Source of the DNA: Macrostomum lignano
Taxonomy: Eukaryota
Direction of reading: 5' to 3'
Assembly (NCBI GenBank): GCA_002269645.1
Contig: NIVC01000868.1
Coordinates: forward strand, 1 to 64,000
DNA length: 64,000 nucleotides
Part shown: positions 40,601-51,800 of the stretch, one piece after another
Position numbering within the stretch: position 1 is the stretch's first letter
How the letters are laid out: the number at the start of each line of letters is the position of its first letter
Made by a program: the position numbers and the translations under genes
The notes under the pieces: generated by a model
Told to the model about the DNA's origin: nothing
Seen by the model: the letters and a program-made list of their open reading frames with translations, nothing else
The model's database searches: none

Positions 40601-43600
40601 AAAAATCATAGAAGCGTAATGTAAACAATCATACAAGCGTCATATAAACAATCATAGAAGCGTCATGTAAAAATGATAGAAGCGTCATGTAAACCATCAT
40701 AGAAGCGTCATGTAAACAATCATAGAAGCGTCATGTAAACAATCATAGAAGCGTCATGTAAACAATCATAGAAGCGTCATGTAAACAATCATACAAGCGT
40801 CATGTAAACAATCATACAAGCGTCATGTAAACAATCATACAAGCGTCATGTAAACAATCATAGAAGCATCATGTAAACAATCATAGAAGCGTCATGTAAA
40901 CAATCATAGAAGCGTCATGTAAAAATCATAGAAGCGTCATGTAAAAATCATAGAAGCGTCATGTAAAAATCATAAAAGTGTCATGTAAAAATCATAGAAG
41001 CGTCATGTAAAAATCATAGAAGCGTCATGTAAACAATCATAGAAGCGTCATGTAAAAATCATAGAAGCGTCATAAAAAATCATAGAAGCGTCATGTAAAA
41101 ATCATAGAAGCGTCATGTAAACAATCATACAAGCGTCATGTAAAAAATCATAGAAGCGTCATGTAAACAATCATAGAAGCGTCATGTAAAAATCATAGAA
41201 GCGTCATGAAAAAATCATAGAAGCGTCATGTAAAAATCATAGAAGCGTCATGAAAAAATCATAGAAGTGTCATGTAAAAATCATAGAAACGTCATGTAAA
41301 AATCATAGAAGCGTCATGTAAAAAATCATAGAAGCGTCATGTAAACAATCATACAAGCATCATGTAAACAATCATAGAAGCGTCATGTAAACAATCATAA
41401 AAGCGTCATGTAAACAAGCATAGAAGCGTCATGTTAACATAGAAGTGTCATGAAAAAATCATAGAAGCCTCATATAAAAACTAATGAAAGTGTCATTTAA
41501 AAAAATTAAGAAGCATCATGGAAGAATAAAAGAAGCGTAACGTAAAAATCAAAAGAAGCGTCATGTCAGACATGAAAGAAGTGTCATATAAAAATTAAAT
41601 GAAGCTATAGTGCTGTGCTGGGGAGAATTACTGAGACGTCAAGGCTCACAGACAATAACTGAGATTACAGGGGGGTTTCTGAGATGTTAAAGCAAAAGTC
41701 AGAAGCTACTTCAAAGTACATGTACTTTACTTAAGTTTTTTTGTTGTATTCTTTGTTGGCTTGCCACGGTGGGGGGGGGCGCTGATAGAAGAAGAGTCAT
41801 GTAAAAATAAAAGGAGCACTATGTATACATAAAATAAAAGTCATGTCAAAGTTAAAAGATTCATTTGGGAATTGCTACGATGTCAAAGCTTGGAGGGAAT
41901 TGTTATAGTGCTGTGATTCTTAAAGAAGGAATCACTTAAATGCCAAGGCTTAGGGGAGAAGAATTGCTGTGATTTCAAGGCTTTAGGTTGGGTGAAAGTT
42001 AGGTTTACGTCAGGTTTGGGTTGAGGGTTAGATTTTAGCGGGTTTCAAGGTTAACAGGGGATTTTTTAGATTTCAGGTTTATGGGGGGCATCGCTGACAT
42101 GTCAAGGCTTATGAGGGGAATCTATCTATCTATCTATCTATAGCTGAGATGTCAAGGATCACGGGGGAATAAATGAGATGTCAAGGCTAATGTCAGAAGC
42201 TACATGTAGTTTATTGGAAAAAAGTTATTACATTATTTGTTGGCTCCTCACGGGAGGGATTGCTGATAGAAAATGCGTAATGTAAAAAATAAAAGAAGCT
42301 TCATGTCGAAGTTAAGAGATTCATTTGGGAATCCCTACGATGTCGAGGCTTGCAGGGAATCGCTATAATGCTGTAGTAGTGCTATAATGACTCTTAGAGA
42401 GAATTACTGAAATTTCAATGCTTTAGGGTTAGGGTTAGGGTTAGGGTTAGAAAGTAGACAGATTTTTTAAGATTTCAAGGCTTATGGGAGCATTGCTTAG
42501 ATGTCCAGGGTGGAGTTGATATGTTAAGGCTTGTGGGGGGGGGGGGATTGCTGACATGTCAAGGCTTACAAGGGTACTGGTAGCGTACTGAAGCATATTG
42601 GTAGAAGTAGCTCTGAAAGAAGGCAAGTATGGTTGAATTTCAATGTCTGTTATAAAATTCTGCACAAGCATGTTTTATTGGTACATAAGCCTGGAATTAA
42701 AATGAGAATTTGATTCCTAGCCCCCTCCCTAAGAATTTTTTTTCATTTTAAAGGATTCGTCCCTTGCTTATTGGCCACCCCGAAGGGGGGCGCTAGATTG
42801 CTAGTATTGCCTAATAATGATTGACGCCTACAGTAAATGGGCTGAGGTCCATCTGATGAGTTCCACTACAACGGAAGAAACTATTTTGCATCTTTGCTGC
42901 ACATTTGCACAGGAAGGTGTGCCACTTACACTAGTGTCCAATAACGGACCACAATTTACGTCCAAGCATATGGAAAACTGGCTAGTCAATCAGGTGTAAG
43001 CACATTCTAACACCACCATATCATCCGCGATTGAATGGACAAGTGGAGAGATTTGTCCGTGATCTAAAAAACCACCTCAGAGCAGTACAGCAGGAAAGCT
43101 GCATGCAGGCCAACATAGATTGATTCTTGCTGCAGTATCGGAATACAAAGCACACTGCCACAGGGAAATCTCTAGCTGAAATGATGCGTGGTCATTTATT
43201 GCGTGGCCCGATCACCCAACTGTCAAAGCAACCGGTGTGGGTCAAGGTCTACAATGATCACCAACGCAAATGGGCACCTGGAGTCGTCATCAACTCTGAA
43301 GGCAAGGCTATTGTTAATGTTGAAGGTAAAGATGGAAACATCTCAAGAAGGCACCTGGAGCAGATAAACCAAGAGTTACTGACGCTAAAGAGGCCAAGGA
43401 AGATACAAGTCATAGCGATTCTGGTTCAGAAGCAACATTTCAAAGTAAATTGAGTCTGGACTCATTGCCAAAAAATCAAGCGCGCCTAGAAGACGCTAAT
43501 AAATGCTATCCTACTTGTAATCGAAAGCTGCCTGATAGACTGCAGTACAAAAAACTCAGGACACCAACCAAACAGAGCTTAACGTGAATCCAAGCGTAGT

Positions 43601-46600
43601 TTGCAATGGAAAGCTACTCTTGTGAACTGATTGTGTACCTGTTGTTTTTATTTTATTATTTGAAAGCGTGTCTACCTCATTATGAAACCATGAGGTGCAT
43701 TCTTTTAGAGCCATAGTGTGGATCCTGCTAAGTGCACGCGAGAAACGACTTAAAGCTAATTCCCAAAAGCACGCCAACGACAAGCAAATGCACGCCGATG
43801 CACGCCGATAAATTAAAATTCAAATTGAAGACAAAAACATATTTTAAATTGCATTGTGTAAAACAAATCAACAAATGATGTACAAAAAAAATGATATATC
43901 TTTAAAAACATGTATTTTTTCATACATTAATTCATTTAAATAGTCTTATACACTGTTTATTTACAATAGTTTTTTTCAAAAGTTAAATCCAATAATACGT
44001 ATTTTATGTCTGCTTACCATTGCATTGGCAGCTTTGCCATATCAGGTACCAGGCATGCGGCACACGGCGCATGCCAGGCACGCCAGTGTATTTATGTAGT
44101 GTGCATTATGCATGCCAAATGCATGCCACTTACCTAATCTAGGGACTCCAGTGAGATTTTGAAACTTTAAAATTTATATATTTTCAGATATGTATCTGAT
44201 AGAGGACAATAACAGCTTCGCAAAATGGCTTCACTTATTAAATTTGGTTGAGTTATAAAAAAGTTATAGCATTTTTTGTCCCCAAAAAATTACGTTTTTT
44301 AGATAGGAAAAATACATTATAGATTGTTGCCATTAGATGTACGAAAACAAAATTTTTCACTTTTTATTGTCATATCTTTTTTGCTATTCAACATACAATA
44401 TTGAGTCTGGTATCATTTTAAAGACCAAGCAGTTCTACATAAGATTAACAAATTGTTTTTATTCTTTCTAATGTATCTTTCTTGTGGTTTGCATTTGAAT
44501 TTTTCAAAAGTGAAAAATGCACATCAAAAATAGAGCAAAATTAAAATTTCAAATGACTATTATTTAAAAGTTAATTGCTTTTTCTGAAATCTTTTTTATT
44601 TGTTTACTCCACAACATATAAAATTATATATATTTTTATACCATTTTTTCCTATATATTGACAAAGGTTAAAAAATTCACCAATTTTGTGACTTTTTTGC
44701 TACTGGAACTTGATAGCATATCTTAAAATTGCACATTTTTCAACTTTGAATGATTATATTTTTTAGACTAATGAATATATATAAAGTTTGATTTGTTTTT
44801 TAATGAAAAACATATGAAAATGTTTTTTTTTGTGTACTTTAATTTATTTAAAAGCTCTTGTTCTTTTTTTTCCAATATTATTGCTTGTTGAGTAGCTGCA
44901 ACTGAAGACTGAAGTTAGCATATATTTAATGCTTATTGTCTTTACACACATAATGTATATTGTCTGCTTTGCTTTTTAACTGTAAAACATATAGGTAAAT
45001 AATTGTTGATACTATTGTCTTGTATATTTTTTGATTGAGCCTATCCTTATTGTAAAATTGTATATTGTGAATAAAGTTACCGATGAACATTTATATCTGT
45101 AAACAAGTATAAAGAAGTATTTAAAAATAAATTGTATTTAAAATTGTATATTGTGAAGTTGCTTATTAAACTTACAAATGGAATAAACACAATTTCTTAT
45201 GAAATTCAGTTCATTTTTATGGGAGTTTGAATTGCAGACCAAGGTTACGTGCATTCAAGGGGTCACTTATTGGGATTGCAATTGCTATAGCTCAATAAGC
45301 TAAAGCATACATTTATTTGTATTATTTTGCCTTCAAAACTAATTTGCAATGGTAAAACATCTTCTTTTTGGTTAAGAAAAGCCATAATAAGCCACTTTTT
45401 ATATAAGTAGTATGTAAGTAGTATCGCTACTAAAAAGCTAACATTGCTGCTGCTCCTCGGCGGATGTATGTGGAAAGATATAAAAGTGCTGTGAAGAATT
45501 CCTATAAGTTCCTCTATTAAATGCAGTAGAAGAATAGTCTTCGGAAATTACTGCTAGAAAAAAATTTAAATTTTCTGTTTTATCCGTCTATTTTACACTG
45601 AAGAGATAGGCAAAAAACAGGCTTCAATAACTTTTTGGCGGATGTAGATTGACATGTGCGGTTTTTTTAATGTAATCATATTACGGAGTAGTATTCATTT
45701 CCGGGTTTTACTAAGCTTCGGAAATACGGGTACGATTTTTATTCAACTTTAATTTTTTTATACTGTCTAAAAAGGGAAAAATTAAAAAAAAATTCTTCTC
45801 AAAATGTCAAAAAATGTTTGTAAATATAGTTGTTTGTATCAATAAATAGTTATATTTTGTTAAAATAATTGCTTTCCAACAAAAAAACGAACTTTCGAAA
45901 GTCACTTTTTTTGGCAACAAAACGAGTGTATTAAAAAAAAAGACGAAGTTCAGTGGGACATTACTCGGCATACAATGTATATATTTTTTGTTTCTTTATC
46001 TCATTAAAAAGAATAGAAACTCTTCTTTAACATGTATATTTTGTTTTTACTGTAAACATTTTCTATGCTTGGCAATTTCATTTTAAAAAAACATTATTTT
46101 ACGATTTTTCGTGTAATTATCAGCTTTACGGTAACCTCACTGGAGTCCCTACCTAATCGCACGCCGGTGCACGCCACTTTTGAAAATGCACGCGGGAAAA
46201 TTCTCGCGTGCACTACATGATCTACACTATGGTTTTAAAGTATTTTTTATCTCGCATGGGAGGAGTGTTAGTATTGGCTTGTGTGTGCGTCGGTATGCTG
46301 TCTTTGGCCAAACCCATAGAGTTGTAATGAGTGAAGGCAGCATTAAAGAATAAATAAAAAAGAACGAAAGAAGGCAAAGTAAGCTGCGAGAGCATGCAGC
46401 TTGATTGTCAAGTGAAAGTGATTCAATAATCGACTCCGAGCTAACAATTTGTAACTATTGTAGCTATTGCTTAGGCATGCTGTGTGCACCTAGCATGATT
46501 GGGACTATGGCAACTCTGTACTCGGCATAATTTTTTTTTAATTTTACATTTGCATTGAATTGAAAAAAAACATGAGTTTTCATTCTGGTATCGACCAGAT

Positions 46601-47178
46601 TCTGGTGCCATGATTTGGACTATGGTGGCCAAGTTGGCTACATGTTAAACATATTTGATTGGAAAATCAATATTAGTTGTTACTATCATAATTTTTTTCT
46701 TCATTATCTTCTTACTATCTTAAATATGATAGCAACTGAAACAAAATACATAAAAACATAAAAAGCAACTTGGGCCTTTTCATATTGCTTGTTCTGGTTC
46801 CAGAACCAGAACCAATTTGTGAAGTATAACTTTTTGTCTCCATAACTAGAGGGAGATACGTGCTATAAAGTTTTTATTATTGAATGACAATCGCCAAGAA
46901 GAAAGTGAAAAATTGTGCTAAGTTAGGTTGTTAGGGCAGTCAAATATTAACAGAGTTTAATAGTTATACTGCTGTTTTTCTTGGAATTCCGAACCGATTC
47001 TGGTTCTGGAATTGGTAATATGAAAAGGCCCCTTAAGTTAACCTTTAGCCTTGACTTAACAAGCCTTAAAAACAGATTACTAATACTAATAGTACTAATA
47101 GTGATACTGAATCATACTGATAGTAATAATCATATATCAAACAATAAAATTTAATGAAATACTTACAAAGTAAAACAT
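16664..47178 (-). CDS. POLR2G: DNA-directed RNA polymerase II subunit RPB7 (exons 47178-47167, 17250-17141, 17057-16664)
   Basis: Spliced product MFYF|[37 protein letters not shown]|YGFIVCVS...[38 protein letters not shown]...[15 protein letters not shown] matches recalled RPB7 sequence. Exons 2-3 are certain. Exon 1 (ATGTTTTACTTT|GTAAGT) is inferred at about 0.75. Confidence 0.9.
20900..22077 (+). mobile_element. Non-autonomous Helitron H1, 5' part only
   Basis: TCTATATACTAAAAATG 5' end, about 600-bp body shared with the complete copies at 29442-42804, then a 23-bp satellite. No 3' CTAG end. Confidence 0.8.
22078..24422 (+). pseudogene. Gypsy (Mag-like) pol 5' part, copy 1: PR-RT-RNaseH-N-terminal integrase
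   Basis: VFDTGA protease, PRPIPY...[19 protein letters not shown] motif, [11 protein letters not shown] and EREAL RNaseH, HDGHLG...CKDC integrase Zn finger. Frameshifts and stops present; no gag. Confidence 0.92.
24423..25619 (+). mobile_element. Helitron H2 5' part (recombinant of HA and H1)
   Basis: Starts TCTATCTTCTAATCTAAATATACTAAAA. The first ~120 bp match HA and the rest matches H1. Confidence 0.8.
25620..27962 (+). pseudogene. Gypsy pol 5' part, copy 2
   Basis: Same disruptions as copy 1, offset 3540 bp. Only about 2 substitutions and a (GA)n length change were noticed. Confidence 0.92.
27977..29441 (+). mobile_element. Second-family non-autonomous Helitron-like element inserted in the 5' end of HA
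   Basis: 5' TCTTAATACTAAAAG, 3' hairpin CTCCTCCAGAGGAGGAG then CTCG|T. It is absent at the equivalent position of H2. Contains (CCCTAA)n and degenerate GTTTCACGGAGAGGATT subrepeats. Confidence 0.7.
28978..29007. repeat. Interstitial telomeric repeat (CCCTAA)~5
   Basis: CTAACCCTAACCCTAACCCTAACCCTAACC. Confidence 0.85.
29920..30000 (+). promoter_or_regulatory. tRNA-derived Pol III-like cassette in Helitron (copies at about 21378, 24920, 29920, 34725, 39256, 40285)
   Basis: A-box-like TAGCATAGATG / TAGCCTAGAGG, anticodon-like stem-loop CTGGA-CTGCTAA-TGCAG, B-box GGTTCGAATC, T6-7 run about 15-20 nt downstream. Confidence 0.6.
30045..33780. repeat. 23-bp satellite TAAAGAGCCACCATGTCAAACAT in HA (also 21505-22077, 25045-25619)
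   Basis: About 160 diverged units. A 710-bp higher-order duplication is visible (31151 vs 31861). Confidence 0.95.
34850..37240. repeat. 23-bp satellite array in HB
   Basis: Same monomer, about 100 units. Confidence 0.95.
37325..38510. repeat. 18-bp satellite CTGGGGGATGCTTGCTAT in HB (short copies at about 33880-34125 and 39980-40250)
   Basis: About 65 units. Confidence 0.95.
39375..39935. repeat. 24-bp satellite CCAAGGATTA(CTGCACTCGATAAG/TTGCTATTAATAAA/TTGCTCTTGGCAAA) in HC
   Basis: Three alternating 24-bp variants. Confidence 0.9.
40400..41480. repeat. 22/23-bp satellite GAAGCGTCATGTAAACAATCATA in HC
   Basis: About 47 units. Confidence 0.93.
42423..42450. repeat. Interstitial telomeric repeat (TTAGGG)4
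   Basis: TTAGGGTTAGGGTTAGGGTTAGGGTTAG. Confidence 0.85.
42805..43560 (+). pseudogene. Gypsy integrase 3' part (continuation after the Helitron concatemer)
   Basis: Joining 27962 to 42805 restores GPFNNGK|[16 protein letters not shown]...[16 protein letters not shown], then [15 protein letters not shown] and a [12 protein letters not shown] tail. Confidence 0.88.
43709..46234. mobile_element. Non-autonomous TIR element, Kolobok-like
   Basis: About 30-bp imperfect TIRs AGCCATAGTGTGGATC..AGTGCACGCGAGAA / TTCTCGCGTGCACT..GATCTACACTATGGTT, flanked by TTAG and TTAA. Confidence 0.65.
44140..46151. mobile_element. Nested non-autonomous TIR element (hAT- or P-like)
   Basis: Perfect 16-bp TIR TAGGGACTCCAGTGAG; TSD CCTAATC (7 bp; 8 bp ACCTAATC if the right end is 1 nt shorter). 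Confidence 0.85.
46772..47031. mobile_element. PIF/Harbinger (Tourist)-like MITE, 260 bp
   Basis: 15-bp TIR GGGCCTTTTCATATT with 3-bp TSD CTT and inverted subterminal TTCTGGTTC motifs. Confidence 0.75.
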
Positions 47179-48815
47179 TTTAAGTAATGTTCAATACGTT
47201 TAAGTATTAATAGTCAGTGGTAGCAGTGTCGTCCTACTAGAAGCCTGGAAGGGTGCTACTATTAATTTCAGCGAAAAAATGACAACTTAAAATTTAAAAT
47301 TACGCCGGATTCTGGGAAACCAAATCGAAATGAGAACACAGTGCAGTTAAGCTGTTCCTTTTAAACAAACAGACACCAAAAAAATGCAAAGATTTTTTAT
47401 TCTATTAAAGTAAAACTTCAATTGAAGAATGTAGAAAGAATGATGATTGCAAAGGACATTTAGGTAAACTGCGATTTCGTCAACTGGCGCAATTCGTCAA
47501 CCGGAATGTTTTTAATTATTACCCCTGGATTTAATGATGGCAACGTGATGGGTCTATGAGAATTTCCCGCAGGAATTTTTCCCGCCGAGCTTTCCCCGCA
47601 CTTTTTTTTCCGCACGAGATTTTCCCGCAGCGAGTTTTTCCCGCGACGAAAATTTGCCGCAGGAGCTTTCCCCGCACGAGATTCTCTCCCGCAGCGAGTT
47701 TTATTTTTACCGCAGTGAGAGTTTCCCGCAGGAAATTTCCCCGTGGAGATTTTCCTGCCGAGCTTTTACCGCCGAGATTTTCCCGCACGAATTTTCCCCG
47801 CACAGACTTTTTCCAGCAGAAAGATTTTCCCGCAAGAAATTTCTCGTGATTGCCTGTTTACCTGAAGAAAGAAATTATAAAAAGGAAAGCTATTAGCAGA
47901 GACGCGATTTTCTTTGATAAATTCGACACAGGCAGCCAGGCAGGCAGGCAGACAGTCAGACAGGCAGACAGACAGACAGACAGACAGACAGACAGGTAGG
48001 AAGGTAGGAAGGTAAACACGCAATCACGAGAAATTTATTGTGGGAAAATCTTTCTGCTGGAAAAAGTCTGTGTGGGGAAAATTCGTGCGGGAAAATCTCG
48101 GCGGTAAAAGCTCGGCAGGAAAATCTCGGCGGGAAAAATTCCTGCGGGAAATTCTCGTGCTCCCCAACGTGATGCTAGCAAGTTACTATTTTTTGTCCAA
48201 AAATTTGTGTTTTCTGCTTAAAACACGTACGTAGGCGACACGATGGGGGACTAATACTGCGCAATAATGCGTAATGTGACCATAGTGGTCCTTGCAAAAA
48301 AAGTTATAGGTAAATTTTTTTGCAAATTAAAAAGCTACAAATTACAAAGTTACAAACAGCTTTGAATTGCTGCAAGTTTCAAATCGCTTTAATTAACGTG
48401 GTGCCATGCGAAAATCGGAAAATCAAATTTTCCAAAATCGATCAAATCAAATCATAAAGTCCTGTACGGTGATCATAAATTAAGCGCAGAAGAGAAAAAT
48501 TTAACAAAAATATCTTTCCTATATAGTTGGAAGACTGGTTCTGCTTTTTCGTAAATGTAAAATTACGCGTTTGCCGCTTGTTTATAAACTATTACGGATT
48601 TTAAAAGTCCAAATTCATAGAACTTGTCCAAATTCATCTATTTACTTAACAATAGTTATTCCCACCATGGTGGACCCACTGACGATCGATGATCGATGTT
48701 AGGCCAACTTTTGTACGCATATTTTATGCCTTCTCATTATAGAACTATCATCAATTGATTTTGTTACTGTGATTTCCTCTATGGATGTTGTTTAACATTA
48801 CCTTTCAATTTTTTC
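47179..48815. promoter_or_regulatory. Putative bidirectional promoter region, RPB7 / SLC25A46
   Basis: 1.6 kb between divergent start codons and visibly richer in CpG than the flanking introns. No TSS data. Confidence 0.55.
47551..48164. mobile_element. Mutator-like foldback MITE, 614 bp
   Basis: 10-bp TSD CAACGTGATG (47541-47550 / 48165-48174), long inverted arms of TTTTCCCGC subrepeats, central (GACA)n. Confidence 0.8.
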
Positions 48816-51800
48816 ATGGATGATAATGGCTTTGTTTTAGCTGACTTTAAAAGAGCAACAACTGTTTCCAATCGATCACTTGGTTTGTCCTCGTCAGAAC
48901 CGCGATTTTCAAAGTATCAGCCATTTGTTAGTACCCAAGGTATTACGCAATCAAGCAATACAATGAACCCTGGTGACTTGCCTGATGCAAGGTTTGCAGC
49001 TGCAACGTCTTATCAGCACAGTACTGTTGGTGTTCCATATGATTCTGGATTGCGGCAATCAGGACAAGTAGGATCTAGGTCAAGGCATGCTGAATGGGAT
49101 TCAGGAAGTGGAACACGAGGACCTGATTATCTAATGGACTCATCAGCTCGCAGTCATGTTCATCGACGACGGGACCACTCTGGTAGGCCTCATTCAAGAA
49201 ATAGAAATATATCTGGTACTGGACTTGGAACAACAGTGCATCCTCATATTGGTTCTGCTAGTTCTGCTTCTGGTTGGGATTCATTTTCTGACAAAGGTAA
49301 GTAGCATTGTTTATGTTTTGCTTAAAAAAAATCAAAGCCTTTGTCTTCTTAGAATCTAAATCCAATATAAGCAAAGTCTTATTATTTATTAAAGAAAATT
49401 TAAGAGAAATGTATAACTGCATCATTGTGTTGTATCATCAACTAGTGTTCTATTATATTTGTCTATGTCTATGGTTATGGGAAAAGTTTGGGGTAATAGG
49501 CCTACATTTAAAAAAATAGTTATAGACCATATTATAGACCATTCTGTGTATGCCGCACATATTTTCATTGAATTTTCAATTGTATGCCAACAAATTTTAA
49601 ATGTATGCTAACTTTCTTAATGTGCGCCAACAAAAACAAAAACAGAAATTAAACATAACCAGAAGTCAGAATCAGAATAATATATTATTATTATAATTAT
49701 ATAAACGGTTTAATGGTACAAAAATCAATGAATATTTAAATTTAAATTCAAATTACAAAAATTTGATAATGACATGACAATTTTCATGACAATTCTAGTA
49801 ATTAAAATGATTAGTAAATGAGCAAAAAGCAGAAAAAAGGTTTTTGAAATACCTTAACACAAAAAATGCACAAAAAAATTCTTTATATTAATTTGTACGT
49901 CTGTTGTGTATGCCACACTATACGCCACACTGAACACAGCCAAGAAATGTATACCGGTGTACACCACAGAACTCAAGTATACGCTGGAAAATTCTGGCGT
50001 ACACCTCTCCTTCCGCAATATAGGTTATAGATTTTAACTAAAGATCATACTTAGTTGCTGGTAGCTATGGTTATAAATTGTGGAGATTTAAAGCACCTTA
50101 TGTAATTTTTTGTAGTAGGCCAAATACAAAATTATAAGAATTATGCTTAAATTATTTTAAATTACAAAATATCTTCATTAAGGTATTCTTTGCTAGATAC
50201 AAATAATTTGCCTAAATAAATAGTTAAATATAGTGTAGCAAATATAAATTTGCTATTGTTTAGGCCTATCTAGATGTCATTTTAATGGCAATTTTGTTAA
50301 TTTCTAATACACTATAGAAAAATTAAAAAAAAAGAGATTTGATACTCTAAAACAATAATATTACAATTTTATAATAATAATAATACTATTTTATAGCTAT
50401 ACTATAATAGCTGCATACAACTGTGTAATCAAAAATGAAAGTCTATGCCTCAAGATTGTAGATTACAATTTTTGTCTATGGCAAAAAGACTCAAAAAAGT
50501 TTAAAATTTGAAGGCTTTTAAACTTCTGCTACTAAATTTGGCTACTTCTCATAAGGGCCCACTCTTTCTGCTTTCTATGGGGAAGTTGCTTGGGAATAAT
50601 CTTGCAGTTTTGAGCTGCATAGCATTCCTAGTTAAAGTTGCAATTTCTGACTGATGTGGCCACAGAATATTCTGTGAAAGTGGCTCAATTTTCCGACTGA
50701 GACTATGGATGGTGCAAAAATGTTGGAGTTTTTTGGGAAAAGGAAATTAACAAAACTGGTGCATCACTGTAGGAAGGGTATCCAGATAAATGGCAGCTTT
50801 GTAGAGCTCACTGAAATTGCTGAAGAAATGAAAAATGGTGCCAGATTTTTGACTTGATGAACATGTTCAAACTTGGTTACTTTTGCCATAGACAAAAATC
50901 GTAATTTAAAATTTTGAGGCATGATCTTTCATTTACAATTATACAGTTGTGTGCAGCTATATTAGGCTTAAAATAAAGCTATTAGTTGTTCATATGTGTA
51001 AAATTTTTAGGTGGAAATTCATTTATCCAATCAAAAGTTATAACAAAATTCTTGTTACTTTTGAAACACCCCTTGTACTCGTACAATATTATATAAAGTT
51101 CAAGTATATTATGGCAAACTATTACATAAATGTATTCAAATTTTTCAGACAAGTATTATGATCCATCTTGATTTATTTTACTTAGCTATTGGGAAAAAAA
51201 CAAGTATTAAAATAGATTTTTCACATTCATAATTTTGATTCAAACTATATGTCAGCATTGTCAATAGATTTATCTTTACCTAACAAGTCTTTTTAGCATG
51301 CGTGCTTTGTACAGTTTTATATACAGCTAATGAAATTTAAGGAAATGAATTTTTCAAAATGGAAGAATGCCAGTTTAACAAAATGGATAACAGTTTCATT
51401 AAGTGAATAAAAGTGTTTTAGAGAATTTTTCTATTATTTTTAGATTAGTTTTTATTTAGGCATCATAAACTGGGGCACCAAATAGCAAAGTAGAGCAGCC
51501 AAATGCCAGGTGCTAAAAGCATGCATCTTTTAAAAACATTAGCATTGAGTAATTTCTAGATATTTTCATTTTCTTTTAATAGAAATGTTAATAGTATGAC
51601 TTTAATAATTTTTATAGTAATTGGCAAAGTATATTTTATGAGTTTATTACAAAGATTGTTTATAATAATTGTATGCTATAAGTTTTATAGTGAATTAATT
51701 ACTCTTAACTAGATTTGGAACTAAAAGCCTTGAAATAGACATAAAATATCAATGAGTAGGAAATGGTTTTTTATTTAATTGTAGTTTTTTATAATCTTAT

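Larger units (their letters stand above)
38654..42804 (+). mobile_element. Non-autonomous Helitron HC (diverged subfamily)
   Basis: Stuttered 5' TC..AATATACTAAA ends directly after the CTAG of HB, homologous 5' body, 3' CCCCGAAGGGG hairpin then CTAG|T. Confidence 0.85.

Noticed and set aside
48281-48680. Possible Tc1/mariner MITE (TAGTGGTCC ... GGACCCACTG)
   Set aside because: The inverted match is short and imperfect with no clear TA duplication.
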